The notes beneath the pieces were generated by a model. That model was given only the letters and a program-made list of their open reading frames with translations, was not told where the DNA came from and ran no database searches. From Klebsormidium nitens (taxonomy: Eukaryota; Plantae; Klebsormidiophyceae), in the NCBI GenBank assembly GCA_000708835.1, contig DF237270.1, positions 39,004-103,003 on the forward strand: 64,000 nt of DNA. The letters are read 5' to 3'. Made by a program: the position numbers and the translations under genes. Shown here in pieces: positions 1-12,000 of this stretch (its first letter is position 1; every line of letters begins with the position of its first letter).

Positions 1-520
1 AGCTTTGCTGAAGCGTCTCAGGAGGCGTTACGGAGAAGGGTACGAACAGCTATGAAGGCGGAACGAGCTTCGAATCTCGAGGAAACGCTGCGAGGGAAGG
101 TTTCCGCAAGCACCTGCAACGATCGGGTCCTTCGTCCTTTGTGGACGAAGAACATTCTTGCGGTGCAAAGCGTCAGCTTAAGTGCTGGACACATGGTCAC
201 AAACAATGAAAGAAGAACATCTCAAACGTTTTGTGCTCCCCTCCTGCCATTACTAAGTCAAATGGTGCGGTCTTTCACCGCACCTACCAGATACTCATAC
301 TGCTTCATAAAGTGCAAAACTTGCCGAGCAAACCCCCAGGATACAAGCTGGAAGAATCCTCTAGTAGATACATTGCAGAGAGAAAGAAGACCGGGTCACA
401 CCAGCCTGTCTCATTTGCGAAGCTCGGAAAACCCTGTGGAAAAGCTGGAAGATTTTGTGACAGCCAAAAGACGATATAGCCGGGAAAAGAAACCCAAAAA
501 GCTGAAACACTCTAGCTCAC

Positions 521-3500
521 CCGTGGTGCTCGCCTCGGCCAGCACGCGCACCGGGCGGTACTTGTAGTCGGTATAGTACTGGGATATCCACACAAACAGG
601 TACGCGGTGATAATGCCCACGAGCCCGCACAGCGCAAAATGCAGCCACGCCGAGGGGGCAGCTTCCGAGTACAGAAGCCAGCGGGTGGACCCCCCGAAAG
701 CGAGGACGGCCAGAAAGAGCGTGAGCGAGTAGCCGCGCTGGAGAACTAGCATGGGGTCCTCGACGGGGCTCTTGGAGGACGGGTCGCGCGTGCCCTTGAT
801 GGAAAGGATGCCGATTGCGGAGACGACTAAGTCGAAGGTGTGGACGACGAGCGGGAAGAGGATGAAACCTGAGGCGTCTGGAGGAAGAGAGAGAGAGGGT
901 TAGCTCTCCGGAGAAGGGGTTTTGGCGGTTTTGCGAGATGTGGTGTGAAGTTTGCGGGTGATCCGGTGTTCGACAAAATGCACAGGACGATGTAAATCAC
1001 AAGAAGAAAGAATCTCAAGCGAGTTTAGAGTGCGAGTGTCTTCGCACTCGCTTTCTTTTCACCCAAAAACTGCATTGCCTCAGCGAATCGAATTATGCCA
1101 TGACCTTCGGGGTGTCGCTCTGGGGACATTTGACAGGGTAAAGAACGGAAGAACGGGACATTGAGTCAACCACAACATTTGGTTGTCGACTTACATCCGA
1201 GAAGCTTAGCAAACCGTTCCGAGCATAACCGCTTGGAATCCTCGGATCGAGCAACCTTTGCGGCGGCTCTTGTTCCCAAGAAAAGTGGTTGAACATTCTC
1301 TATCGAATAAAGCACTTCAGGCTGCCTAACATTGGATGAGAACAAGCGTTTTGAATATCTGCACTCGTGTGCTTATCTTCCTGAAGCAAGGCAGATCTCA
1401 ATTGAAGAAAGCGACTTTTTCCAATCAAGGGCCATTGACGTTCTCTAACACGGTAGGGTCTACCGACCTGCAATCTTGCACTTTTTGGCCATAGTCCCTC
1501 CCAGTATCATCGCACTGATGATCTCCGCCGCTATGCTCTCGAACAAGTCCGCTCCTCTCGCTGCGCAATCGCCCACGTTGTCCCCAACCTGTAGAATAGG
1601 ACCAGCGCTTAGAACTTCAGAAACTGGTGAACACACCTAATCAGATGATTCAACAACTTGAACTTCTGCTGAGGCGGCGTTTGCAATTCCTATCTGCGCG
1701 CATTTTGAAAGCGTCATCCTCAAAGTCGCTGAATTGGCCAATAATGTGAGGTCAATCGACAATGTTATGAGGGCGTCGTAAACCCTATAATTCTGCGGCG
1801 ACCACTGGGCCCGTATGCCAATCTTCGACGTCGCTAAACGTGGTCCCACATGAGTGAGTCCTCAACCAGATTAGAGCAGGATCGACTGCGCAGGGACCAC
1901 GGCGGGACCACATGGTCAAACGCCTTCTCCAAGAAAACGATGGCATCCGTTTACTCGCGATTTGGAGGTGAGACCGCTGACGAATTTCATTTTACTAGCC
2001 ATACTGAACATTCAGTATGGTAGAAAACGAGGCGTCTGAAGATCTGGCGTCAGGGGACCAGCTTGTGCTGAAGCGCACAGAATCGACCCATAGTAATAAA
2101 TCTGGCAAAGGCTGAATCCGGGCTGGAGGTCACTAGAAAAATCAAAGCAGAACAAAGTAATGAGATGAAGGGTGGCACCAGATCTGCGATGACAGCCGGG
2201 TTTCTGGGGTCGTCCTCGGGGATCCCCTGCTCGACCTTGCCGACCAGGTCAGCGCCGACGTCAGCGGCCTTGGTGTAAATGCCCCCGCCCAGCTGGGCGA
2301 AGAGCGCCACGAAGGAGGCGCCGAAACCGTACCCCACCAGCAGCAGAGGCACTGGAACAGAAACATAACGGGTGTCACAAAGGTTTGAACGACTTCAGAA
2401 TCCAGGGAAAGAGTCCGGGTGCGAGTCTAGATATATTTGGGTTTCAGAGTCCATCACAACTAGTATGTGTTCCACTGGATAAAGCCCCGACTCGACGGCG
2501 TCCCAGGTAACGAGTCTTTTGAAAATTAAAATCCTTGGCATCCAAAAGAGGATTCAAGAACTTCGCTTCGCTCAAAAGTGCTGAGTCATGTTTTCGCGTT
2601 TTTCAAAAGCCAATGTCGCCAAGGTCCAATATTCCGACCACCATCCGTGTGCGCTACTCATAGGACAGTTCAACAACAATCGCAGGGGGTCTTTCAGGAA
2701 CGAATCGTGGCGGCAAGATTCCAGAACGGAACCTGACGCGTCGCAAGGTCGTCCTGGATCACAACCGTGGCAACATTTCCGCAGGAATGGGAAGGTAATA
2801 CAGCGCTTCACCGTCTTCCATGTACAAAACGTTAAATCCCCGGACGTCAAAATAGGCGAAAATTCATTCCGGAACGGAACAAAGGCGGAACTTTGGCCAG
2901 CACGGAACCATAAGGCAGCGCTCACCGTCTTCCATGTACATGGAGTTGAGGCCCCGAACGTCGAAGTAGACGAAGGCGGCTGAGTACAGGATGCTGATCC
3001 CCAGTACGGTCATGCCCACCACAATCAGCGCCGAGAAGCCCCCGGCCCGCAGCGCAATCTGAGGGGGTGACGTGAGTGGTGAGGTGTAAGTGTGAATCTA
3101 ATGTTCAACTGATGGCTGGTTCCGTCAGGGACCCAACAGAACGAAACCCGACCAGAGGGCTCGATATCAGAGTACCGTACTGCTTTCCGATTAAGGCAAG
3201 GATCTGGCCTGCCGATGGGTTAAATTGATTATTCAAGCGCAATAATGGTCGATACGGTTCTTTTTAGCAGGTAACGTTGGGTCTGCCCAGTTTCTCAAAC
3301 ATTTCAAGATTCATTATATGCCGTTGAAGGGCCGAAGTTGAAAGCAGTACGGTATAAGGTCGAGCCTTGATTTCCCAAAAAGCTGCACGCATTCCGTCAC
3401 ATAATGGAACCGCGTCAACGGCGATAATGCGAAATGAAACGCGGCACGTTGTTTGGAGCAACAAGGATACGAACCTGCAGCGCCTCCCGTGCGGACCTCC

Positions 3501-5678
3501 GGGCCGCGCCCGCGACGCGCACGTTCGCACGCACCGAGACCCACATCCCGACGTAGCCCGCGATCGCGGAGCATACGGCGCCCAGCAGGAAGGAGAAGCA
3601 CGTGATAAAGGCCAGTGTTGACCTGAAAGGACAGAGGATCGGGTTAGGGTAACCCGAAGGAGTCGAGAAATTGGGTTTGGTGGACCGGAGGGAGTGAGGA
3701 AACGGGTTTTCTTTGGTCTGGGCAGTTTGAGTAAAGTTTGACTGAGCTCAATGAGTGAAGGATCGCGTTTGGTTAGGGGGTGACCTTCAACTCGTTTAGG
3801 AACTGGGGACCAGCCATCTGTGTCGGGAGTCAACATCTCCAGGATATGAGAGAGGCCAGTAGATTGAGATGCTGACAGAACCTCACGGCCCGGAAACTGT
3901 GTCACAGAAGGGTTGAGGAATCATTTCAGTGGAATTCAAACCAAAAACGACGAAAAGAGACGATGACGGTGGTTTTTCATGACGGCCTTCTACGAACAGG
4001 GACAACTAATACTTCGAATCAACTTTAAATGAACGTACTTTTCTTAATGGTTTGTAAGCTCACCGCTGCAGCCCAGCAGCTTCCTGCTCGGGTGTCGTTT
4101 TTCTAAACAGGTAGATCACCACGATCGCCACCGCCAGGAACACGGACATACGTCCAATCGCCCCGTACTGCGTCCGGAAGAAGCCCTCGGCGCCGTCCCG
4201 AATCGCATCGGAGATCTGCAAATGCGGCAAACGATGTGTTTGAGATAACACGAGGATCTCCCAGATTCCCACCGGAGCTGCTAGGGTGACGTGTGAAGGG
4301 GTGAGTTTTTAGGGAACGTCAGCTGGCTGGTCATAGAGGCAACGAAGGGTATCTGTCGACAGCTCACCTACAGAGCCTTCCAAAAAGTGGCTGCGAAAAT
4401 TGACTTCTCTTTCCCTTGTAAACAGCTAACGATCAGCCTTCTGAGATCCAGCAATTCTATAGATAGCATCTGGCACACCTCAATCATCTCGGGGGTTCCC
4501 TCATCCTTGGCAAGCACCCACTCGCAAAGCAAAGTAGGATGCAAGGAGCCCACTGAGCATGCAGCTAGTTGGGAAGAGGTATGATCGAAAACAGACTTTA
4601 CAAGAGTAGCAATCTCGCAGAGATGTAACCGGCCCACCTCAATCGTTTTGGGGGTCTCTCGTCCTCCGCAAATACTCTAAGCGAAAATTCGTAGGCAAGG
4701 AGCCCACTGATTATGCAGCTAGGTTGGAAGAGCTACGAATGACAATAGAGTATCCAAGAGTAGCAAACCCGCAGAGGTGCAACTGGCCCACCTCAATCAT
4801 CTCGGGGGGTCCCTCGTCCTTTGCGAGCACCCATTGCGCGAGGTAGCACGCAAAGAGCAGGCTGAGCACGCACGTGATAAGGACGAAGACGATGATGCCC
4901 GACGTCTTGCTGCCGATGTACAGCATGCCAAAGCACGACACGAGGGCCAGCGAGTAGTACAGCCGGCGGTCGACGCTCAAGAGCACCCGCAGCAGCTGCA
5001 GACGGATTAGTGAACTTGACCATTTGTTGTTCAATCCAAGCGAGTTCTATGGGGGTGTGTTTTGTGAGGATTTCTGCGCCCCAATGAAGTACTCGACTGT
5101 CGGAGTGGAGTTCCTAAAGTTTGGCATGGTCAGCAAGGTCAGGTTGTTGTTGGATCCAAGAGAGTTCTATGGGGGTGTGTTCTGACGGTTCCTGCGCACC
5201 AATGGTATACTCAACGTCGGAGACGAGTTCCTAAAGCTTGGCATGGCCAGCCAGGTCAAGAAGTGGTGGGGGTATTATCCAATCTGCTCTTGACCGACAG
5301 GTGTTCATCTTCGCAATGCATGACAGCACTTTGAGCTTTGCGACGCTGTAGTTGTTGATCTTCTTTCCTGAAGTGGGCAAAGAGTACAAAGGCAGCTCCC
5401 GGCCCCCGCGCCCTACATTATGCATCCTGTATGCTTGCCTTGCTAAACCCTGGGCATAGGACACATTGAGGTACTGCCTAAAGTAGTCAGAACATGCCAG
5501 TTTGTTGAACATTCAAAAGTAGTAGTGCTTTCCTAGGCGCAATGCCAAGTTGTGACAACTGGACCAAGCGGGTTGCTTCTCTACTCACCCAGAAGTTGAC
5601 CGGCTTTTTGGCAGAGTATATCTTCTTTGAGCGCGCCCCCGACTCAAGGTCGGACTTCCCCGTCGGGTCGTCCTCCAT
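521..5678 (-). CDS. AVP2: Type II (Golgi-type, AVP2/VHP2-like) H+-translocating pyrophosphatase; 5' part only, gene continues beyond the left edge
   Basis: Exons with GT-AG sites and consistent phases: 5678-5589, 4995-4792, 4215-4064, 3622-3475, 3058-2926, 2352-2179, 1588-1468, 877-521. Motifs: [84 protein letters not shown]. The start Met is uncertain because the frame is open upstream to an acceptor at 5764. Confidence 0.95.
2700..2975. repeat. Degenerate tandem duplication (~115 bp) of a PPase exon 3' end plus donor site
   Basis: cagcgcttcaccgtcttccatgtaca (2801) echoes cagcgctcaccgtcttccatgtaca (2917), which spans the real donor at 2925. Confidence 0.75.
4430..4830. repeat. Three degenerate ~150 bp copies of the PPase exon 2 end plus donor
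   Basis: The intronic copy near 4485-4525 still translates as [15 protein letters not shown] versus the real [15 protein letters not shown]. Another copy lies near 4635-4680. Both retain GT after ATTGAG. Confidence 0.85.
5020..5270. repeat. Intronic tandem duplication, ~120 bp x2
   Basis: tccaag(c/a)gagttctatgggggtgtgtt...gagttcctaaag(t/c)ttggcatgg occurs twice, at ~5035 and ~5155. Confidence 0.8.
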
Positions 5679-6849
5679 GTCGGAGTTGGCCGCCGACGAG
5701 CGCCCCGACGCCAGGCGCCGCGAAACGGGGAGAAGTTCTGCTCCCGACGCCAGCGAGAGCTCGCTGTCAAGACCCAGAATTGTTATGCTTACTTTTGGTA
5801 TAATGTGGTTACAAAGGTGTCTGACTTAGAATGAGGCTTCAGTGAATTGGACAGTGAAGGAACCGAAGGGGAAGAAGCGAATGGGGTGACCACCTCGGGG
5901 CTTACTACTCTAACCTTTCCCTTATCCTTATGGAATTGGGCTGGCTATGCCGAGCCATAAACTGCTCGGCAGTAAGCAAGTAGCATTGCTCTTTTTCTCG
6001 TCAGCTAGTTTTAAAAACTAGCGCATTGAACCAGCTAAAGTCTCCACCTCTGAGCTGTTCGACATTTGTGCCCTTTTCTTTGCATCTGCAGGGAAGCGCA
6101 AATGGCACTTTGTGTCTTCCATCTGGCCGTCGGGGGATAGTAATCTCTAAGACATCCCTTGCTTACTTAAGGCCAGATTGACGTGGCAGTCGCTTGGTTG
6201 AATTGGAGTGAATCTTGGTCTGCCAATTGCATCAGATTTTGGTCTCCCAGGAAGCTGTCTGTAAAGGCTACCATCTTGTTAGCATTCTGCTCGAGACGGT
6301 CTGGTTCTCATGGTTATAGGTAGTGTTAAAAGCTCCTAGAACCATCTTGAAACCCCAGAATCAGACATGATTTGATGGGCCGCTGTCTGAATGAAGTACG
6401 CTTGTCAAACAATTGCCTGTGGTCTCGACGCCACCATAGTTAATAGATGTTCTGAAAGCTTTGCTCCTTTGTGGTTGAAGCGGACTTTCTTTGCATTGAC
6501 TGATTTCACGATCATAAAAACATGGAGACAAGTGAAAGAACCCAATGTGGAATTTGAGAATTGTATTGCTGCTGTGCCTCCAGAATGAAAAAGAATCTAT
6601 ACGGGATTGTTTAAAAGTGATGAAGAAGGTCACCTTAGTTGCCGCAAAAACTGTATCCCTTGTCTTTCAATTCCTGCTTTCTATCTTAAACCACCTACAT
6701 TGATCCTGAACAGGGCGACTAATGATGTGCGATCCCCCAGCAACTTGCAGCAATGCATACTTCCCAAACCCTGAACATCTTCAACAGATATTGCATCCTA
6801 CATTTCTAGCTCCAGCAGCTGTATGAGAGAAGGGAAGAATGCGCTGCTC

Positions 6850-8920
6850 TACTTACCTGGTGGGCCTCGAAAGGGATGCCTGAAACCCCTGGGTAGACTG
6901 TGATTGGGCCAGGGTGACCGGTGTCAAAACTCAAATCTATAAAGTCACTACTTGACCGAGCTGCAGCTGGAATAGGATCAATCAGTCCTAGAATGGGCCT
7001 TTAGAAATCTATTCAGGTCGCGGTCGAGCAGAATTGAGAACCCCAAAATATACTCCCTTACTTTTGCTGTTTTCCTACTACAAAGCGAGACCGATCAGGT
7101 TGCAGATCATGTCACAACTCCTTGGAAACATCCTCCAAAACAGGTTGCTGCAACCCGTCTCTCGTTATCCTAGACTCGGATGGGCGCCATTGCACCTTTC
7201 TTCCTGTTCGAACTTTTGGAAGCATGATGCAGGCCGTGAATTGCGGTTGGTCAGGCCAGAAACTGAGAAAGAAGCTAGCCATGTACCTACATGTGACAAG
7301 CTCTGATTGGTTGCTTGTCTGCATTCTGCAGAAACTATCGACGGTTCGATGAACAGAGTATATGTTACTTTCGGTGATCGACGGTTATAAAAGCCAATGT
7401 TGATGGCCACTCCTGTAACTATGTAATTATGGAGCGTATTACGGTACCCAATCTAGTTTTGAAGAGAAAGTGAAGCCTGAAGGCTGAAGGATGCAAGTTT
7501 GCCTTGCTATTAGTTGAGCACTGCACAGATTGTCTGCTGACGCTCTGGCAGTGGGGGGTTCTGAGGAGACGCCAAGTCTGTGCACCTGAGTGTTGCTGGT
7601 AAAGGTGCAGTTCAAGGGCATGCACGGAAACCCAGCTTGGCATCAAAGCTTAGGGAGAACGCTGCGGTGGTGCTGATGCGCAGGCGGCGTTGAATCAAGC
7701 TCCAGATCATTCAAGGGTTCTGATTCTGGAACGAGCGTTCCATCCTTGAAGGTAAAGTGGTGACTGTGTGATGTGAAATGTAAAAGGGGTTTAGCATTTA
7801 CCATCTCATGTTATATCCAGCAATAGATGCATTGCTTGTCAGAAACGGGTGTTGCTGAACTCTGTTTTTGAAACATCAATGATAAAGTAGCAAACTCGTT
7901 CAAGTGACGCTTTCCGAAGAAGCAATGCATTGGTGGTAATCTGGATGTGCAATGAGTGCAGTTACATCCAATGAGTGCGTTTGTCATGATGGTCATATTC
8001 CAATTTCCGGATCCAGATTGCTCTTGGTGGTGCTTCTTAAGAAGTAGTCCTGTTATTTTGCCCTAGCTTCCAATCGCGGATGGTAGCATAGGCTGTTCTC
8101 GAATAACCCAGCTAAGCTCATGAGTTCTTGCTGATGCTGGTGGTTTTGACTCGGTTGTCCTGTACTGTTTTCTCTCTGTTTCTCGTCTTTGTGAAGTATG
8201 CTTCAATCGTTCTACTAAATGATTGCGACCGGCATAAGAAAAGCTTGGACATTATACTATCAAGCATGATGTATACACTGTCTCTCACTCACACAGGGGT
8301 GCCATCTGCTGCTAGTTGCTAGCAGATGAAGTTCAAATTACCTCTCACCTCAAAGACAAGTTTACCAGGGTTTTTTGACGTTGACCGTGTCAGTGTTGGT
8401 GTGGTGATTGCCCTGCCTCTGGTCGGTCTACGTTCACCCGTACACTGCTCAACGTACGACTCTGATTGCAGGCCATGTATCAGCCAGAAGCGCCCCACTT
8501 AGACGGGCAGCCCGGTGGTCCAGTCAATGCACTCTCGGTGAGTGTAACCAAGGCAATGCGTGTCAGGTTCTCTGGCGAGGATAGAGTGTGGTCCAAGGCA
8601 GATTTTGCGGGAACCAAGTCTTTAGTGGTACCAATGGATTGGAAGGCGGTACTGGCTTTGTATCCCATTGCCCGCTGATTACTCTCAACAACGGGAAGTT
8701 GTCTACTGTTACTGTATTGAGGTCAGTACTGGCTGCGTACCTTAATGTTGCTCTCAACGTTCAACATTACATAAGATCTGTGTCTCTGTATTTGGCAAGG
8801 ATGTTGGGCCGCTTGTTGCTTAGGGGCTCGTTCACAAGGAGCTCTTTGTGTAGCCGCTCCAGCAAGTTGTGTACTCCGAATTTGCCAGTGGTTGACGCAA
8901 CGAGAGGTTGGTGAGAAGGC
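6850..8920 (-). pseudogene. Possible degraded multi-exon gene of unknown family
   Basis: Protein-like fragments bounded by plausible splice sites (NVESNIK|gtacgc near 8740; GYNMRW|gtaaat near 7800 joining YMASFFLSFWPDQPQF near 7290; a strong CAG|GTAAGT at ~6856), interrupted by stops and frameshifts. No family recognised. Confidence 0.2.
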
Positions 8921-9090
8921 TGCAGCAAGGTTAAGGGCACGCAAGCCATCTTAGACGACTTTGCCACATACAGGCCAGCAACAAATCACTGCCACCAGAC
9001 AACTCGCAACAAGAAAACTATCGTTCCAAACCACTTAAACATAGTGCTTCATCGCTAACCCGTCGTCCCAACATACTTCTGTAGGGTGGC

Positions 9091-12000
9091 ATGACTGGGG
9101 GTACAGATCCCGCCCCTTCCCACTTGGGGCCGCAACCCCCGGCAAAGCCATCCCCTCAAGCAGACGGCAGAAAGTGGCCTCCCTATGAGAGGAGGGGCCG
9201 GGAAGAGGAACCGCCAGGGCCCCGCCTTTGGGTGGGGAATTTGTCCCCAAGCGTCACCGAGAAGGAGTTAATGGATCGCTTTGGCCCGTGAGTCCCAGCC
9301 CTGTCTGTCTTTTCTGCTTTGTATCAATGGTTCTTGTTTTTCATGGGTTTTCGTTAAGTCATCAATGCTTTGCCTCAGTGTTCCGTCTAGATCCTGACTT
9401 TCTTGTCGAGGCTGCAGCAACAAACGAAAAACGAAGACAATAGCTTCTGACTGGTCGTTTTTGGAAGAACTTCCCCAAATAATCTTACACTCCACCCACC
9501 TCGTCTATCTTGGTTAATATTATCCCTGTCGTTTAGCTTGATACCGCAATGAATCTTCTGCTGGTGGTTCTAGCCATCCAACAGCAGGCTCGTCTCATCT
9601 GCTCCTACACTTGTCGATCTCTACTTTGCTCTTCACAGCCCGATTTTCTGAACGACACTTTAAGCCAAATGTGCACAGATTGTTTCCTTTTTGACGATCT
9701 AATGTGTTGCATGAGATTTGCTGACCTTCAATGGCCAGTGGCTGACTCTCTTCGTATCCGCTTTCTGTAGGTTCGGGCCTCTGGACAGCGTCTTTGCGCA
9801 CAAGGAGCGCAACTTTGCATACGTCCAGTTTCGTGAAACCCAGGATGCCGAGGCGGCCAAGAACGCCATGAACGGAGCCAGCTTGTATGGGCAGGCGATT
9901 CGTATCGAGTACGCAAAGTCGGTGAGTGAAAACTGTCCGCAATCAAACTTCAATCTCGGAGTTGCTTCAAGCTTTGTATGCCTCTTGTGATTGCTACACA
10001 ATCGCCAAAGGCAGCAGTGTTTTGGGCAGTCAATTTCTTTGCCAGCAATTTCCCTTTGTATTGTTGGGTCGATGAATCGGAGCATTCCCCCACCATTCCA
10101 ACAATCCTTATAATATCGTGCCACTCTCCAGACTGGTGTAATTTTCTTTTACAACAAACGAAGCACTCGTCTATTCCTGAACTTTTTTACCCTTGGTGGT
10201 ACAGGATCCCAATCGGGGCGCGCCCCATCACCGGCCGCCTGCCCGGGAGCCGTATCTCGACAGAGCGCCACCACCGCGGGGTCCCAGACGTCCAGAGGTG
10301 ACTTGTCTTTTCTTCGTGTCCTATTTCTTGTTGGCTGCTGTTACGTCATTCTCACCTGGTTTGTGCACTGCCAAGGTTGCATGTCAACCTTAGGAAGCGA
10401 CGATCCGTTCGAGGAGCTTGCCGTCGCCCGACATGCTTGCAGGGGTATGGCGAGAGCCTGCGGTATTCTAGCTCAAGTGCGTCTTGGCCGTTTTAAACCT
10501 GTCCGGAACATTCCACAGCTGACTTGGTTGTTTCCCTGCTCTGTCGCTCAGGCCTTTGGCACTGGGCGCGAAGGAAACGATCGCCTAACCTGAAGTCAGT
10601 CCCTCGTCTTCCCCTGGTGTAGATTGAGCGCCGCCCCATTGGCAATCAGGGGATCCTTAACCAGATTCTTCCACTTCCCCAGCAAATTAACCTAGAAGTA
10701 AAGTCTTTTTCGTTATGCAGCTCGGGCGCGACCCCGACGACCTGAACGAGCCGAGCCCGTGCCTCTGGATCGGTTTCCCGCCCGACGCCGACATCGACGA
10801 GATGGTGCTGCGCGGCATCTTCGGGCGGCTCGGAGAGATCGACAAGGTTCGGTCGTTCCCGAATCGGCCGTACGCTTTCGTGCAGTTCTTTGACACGGCC
10901 ACGGCGATGCGCGCTCGCGAGCAGGTGGGCCGTCTTTCTCTATCTGTGCTCTATTTTTTGTTCTGTCTGCAAGAGTGTCAGACACAGGAGACACCCGACT
11001 GCAGAACTGCCGGAACTGTTGCACAGCCACCTCTCCGTGCTTACAATTGCGTGTCGATATGTTTAGCTATATCAGCTTCTAGAGAATCACTAGAGGCCTG
11101 AGAAAAGCTACAAATGCTTCAAAAATCAGAGACGCTCACTACAGGAAATTCTTTCCAGATTGTCGACGGGCATGAGGAATTGTGCCAACATAATCAGACT
11201 TTCCCGCAGCTGAGCGCTGAAAGTCGATCCCTGACGTGGACGGAAACGACGATTTCAAGATACTTCCGTTGGCTGAAGACATCGTTTTATGCAGGTGCGC
11301 AAGTATCCAAGCAAGCTGAACGACCCACGTGTCAGCATCCGCTTCAGCAAGCAAGTGATCGGGGAGAAGCACCGGGGCAACGACACAGGATACCGGTGAG
11401 AAACAGCGCTCGGTTTGCTCTCGCACCTGCGGATTGGATTCATCGATAAGCCAGTGATAAGGAGCAGGTCAACCGTCCTTGCACGAGAGTCAGCTATTGA
11501 AAGCAGCCGCGTTCGTGTCTCTGAGCCGCGTTTCTACGCTTGGGAAACGGGCAAATTTGTTTCTATGGAATAACTCGAGGTTACCCTTAGACGGGCTGCT
11601 TCGCCAGTCGTCTTGAGGTAAAACTTAGATAGCATCTGTCGGTTGGTTTTGAAACTGACCGAAACGGTACCTTCTAGAGCCATGCCACCAGCGTCCAATG
11701 CTTTACCCCCTCCCATCTTTCCAACTAGATTTAGACGGCTTTGATCCATCTCCATACTCTTACCCTTTCTTACCTTCGCGCAGCCGACCTCGGGAGTACG
11801 ACTCTGCCGCTTCCGATCCATACTACCCCGACCCGCTCTCCCCCAACAAGCGGGCCCGCACCGGCGGTCCCTACGACAGCGCTCCTGCAGACTATGGCTA
11901 CGGAGCGCCCCCACCGGGGCCTTCCCCCGGGCAACCAGGAGCACCCCCCGGATTTGGCGCCCCGGCCGCTTATGGGGCTTTGGAAGCGCCCGGTTATGCC

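Noticed and set aside
6849-6900. ACTTACCTGG as the 5' end of U1 snRNA
   Set aside because: Downstream sequence lacks U1 stems and an Sm site; it is the reverse complement of a CAG|GTAAGT donor.
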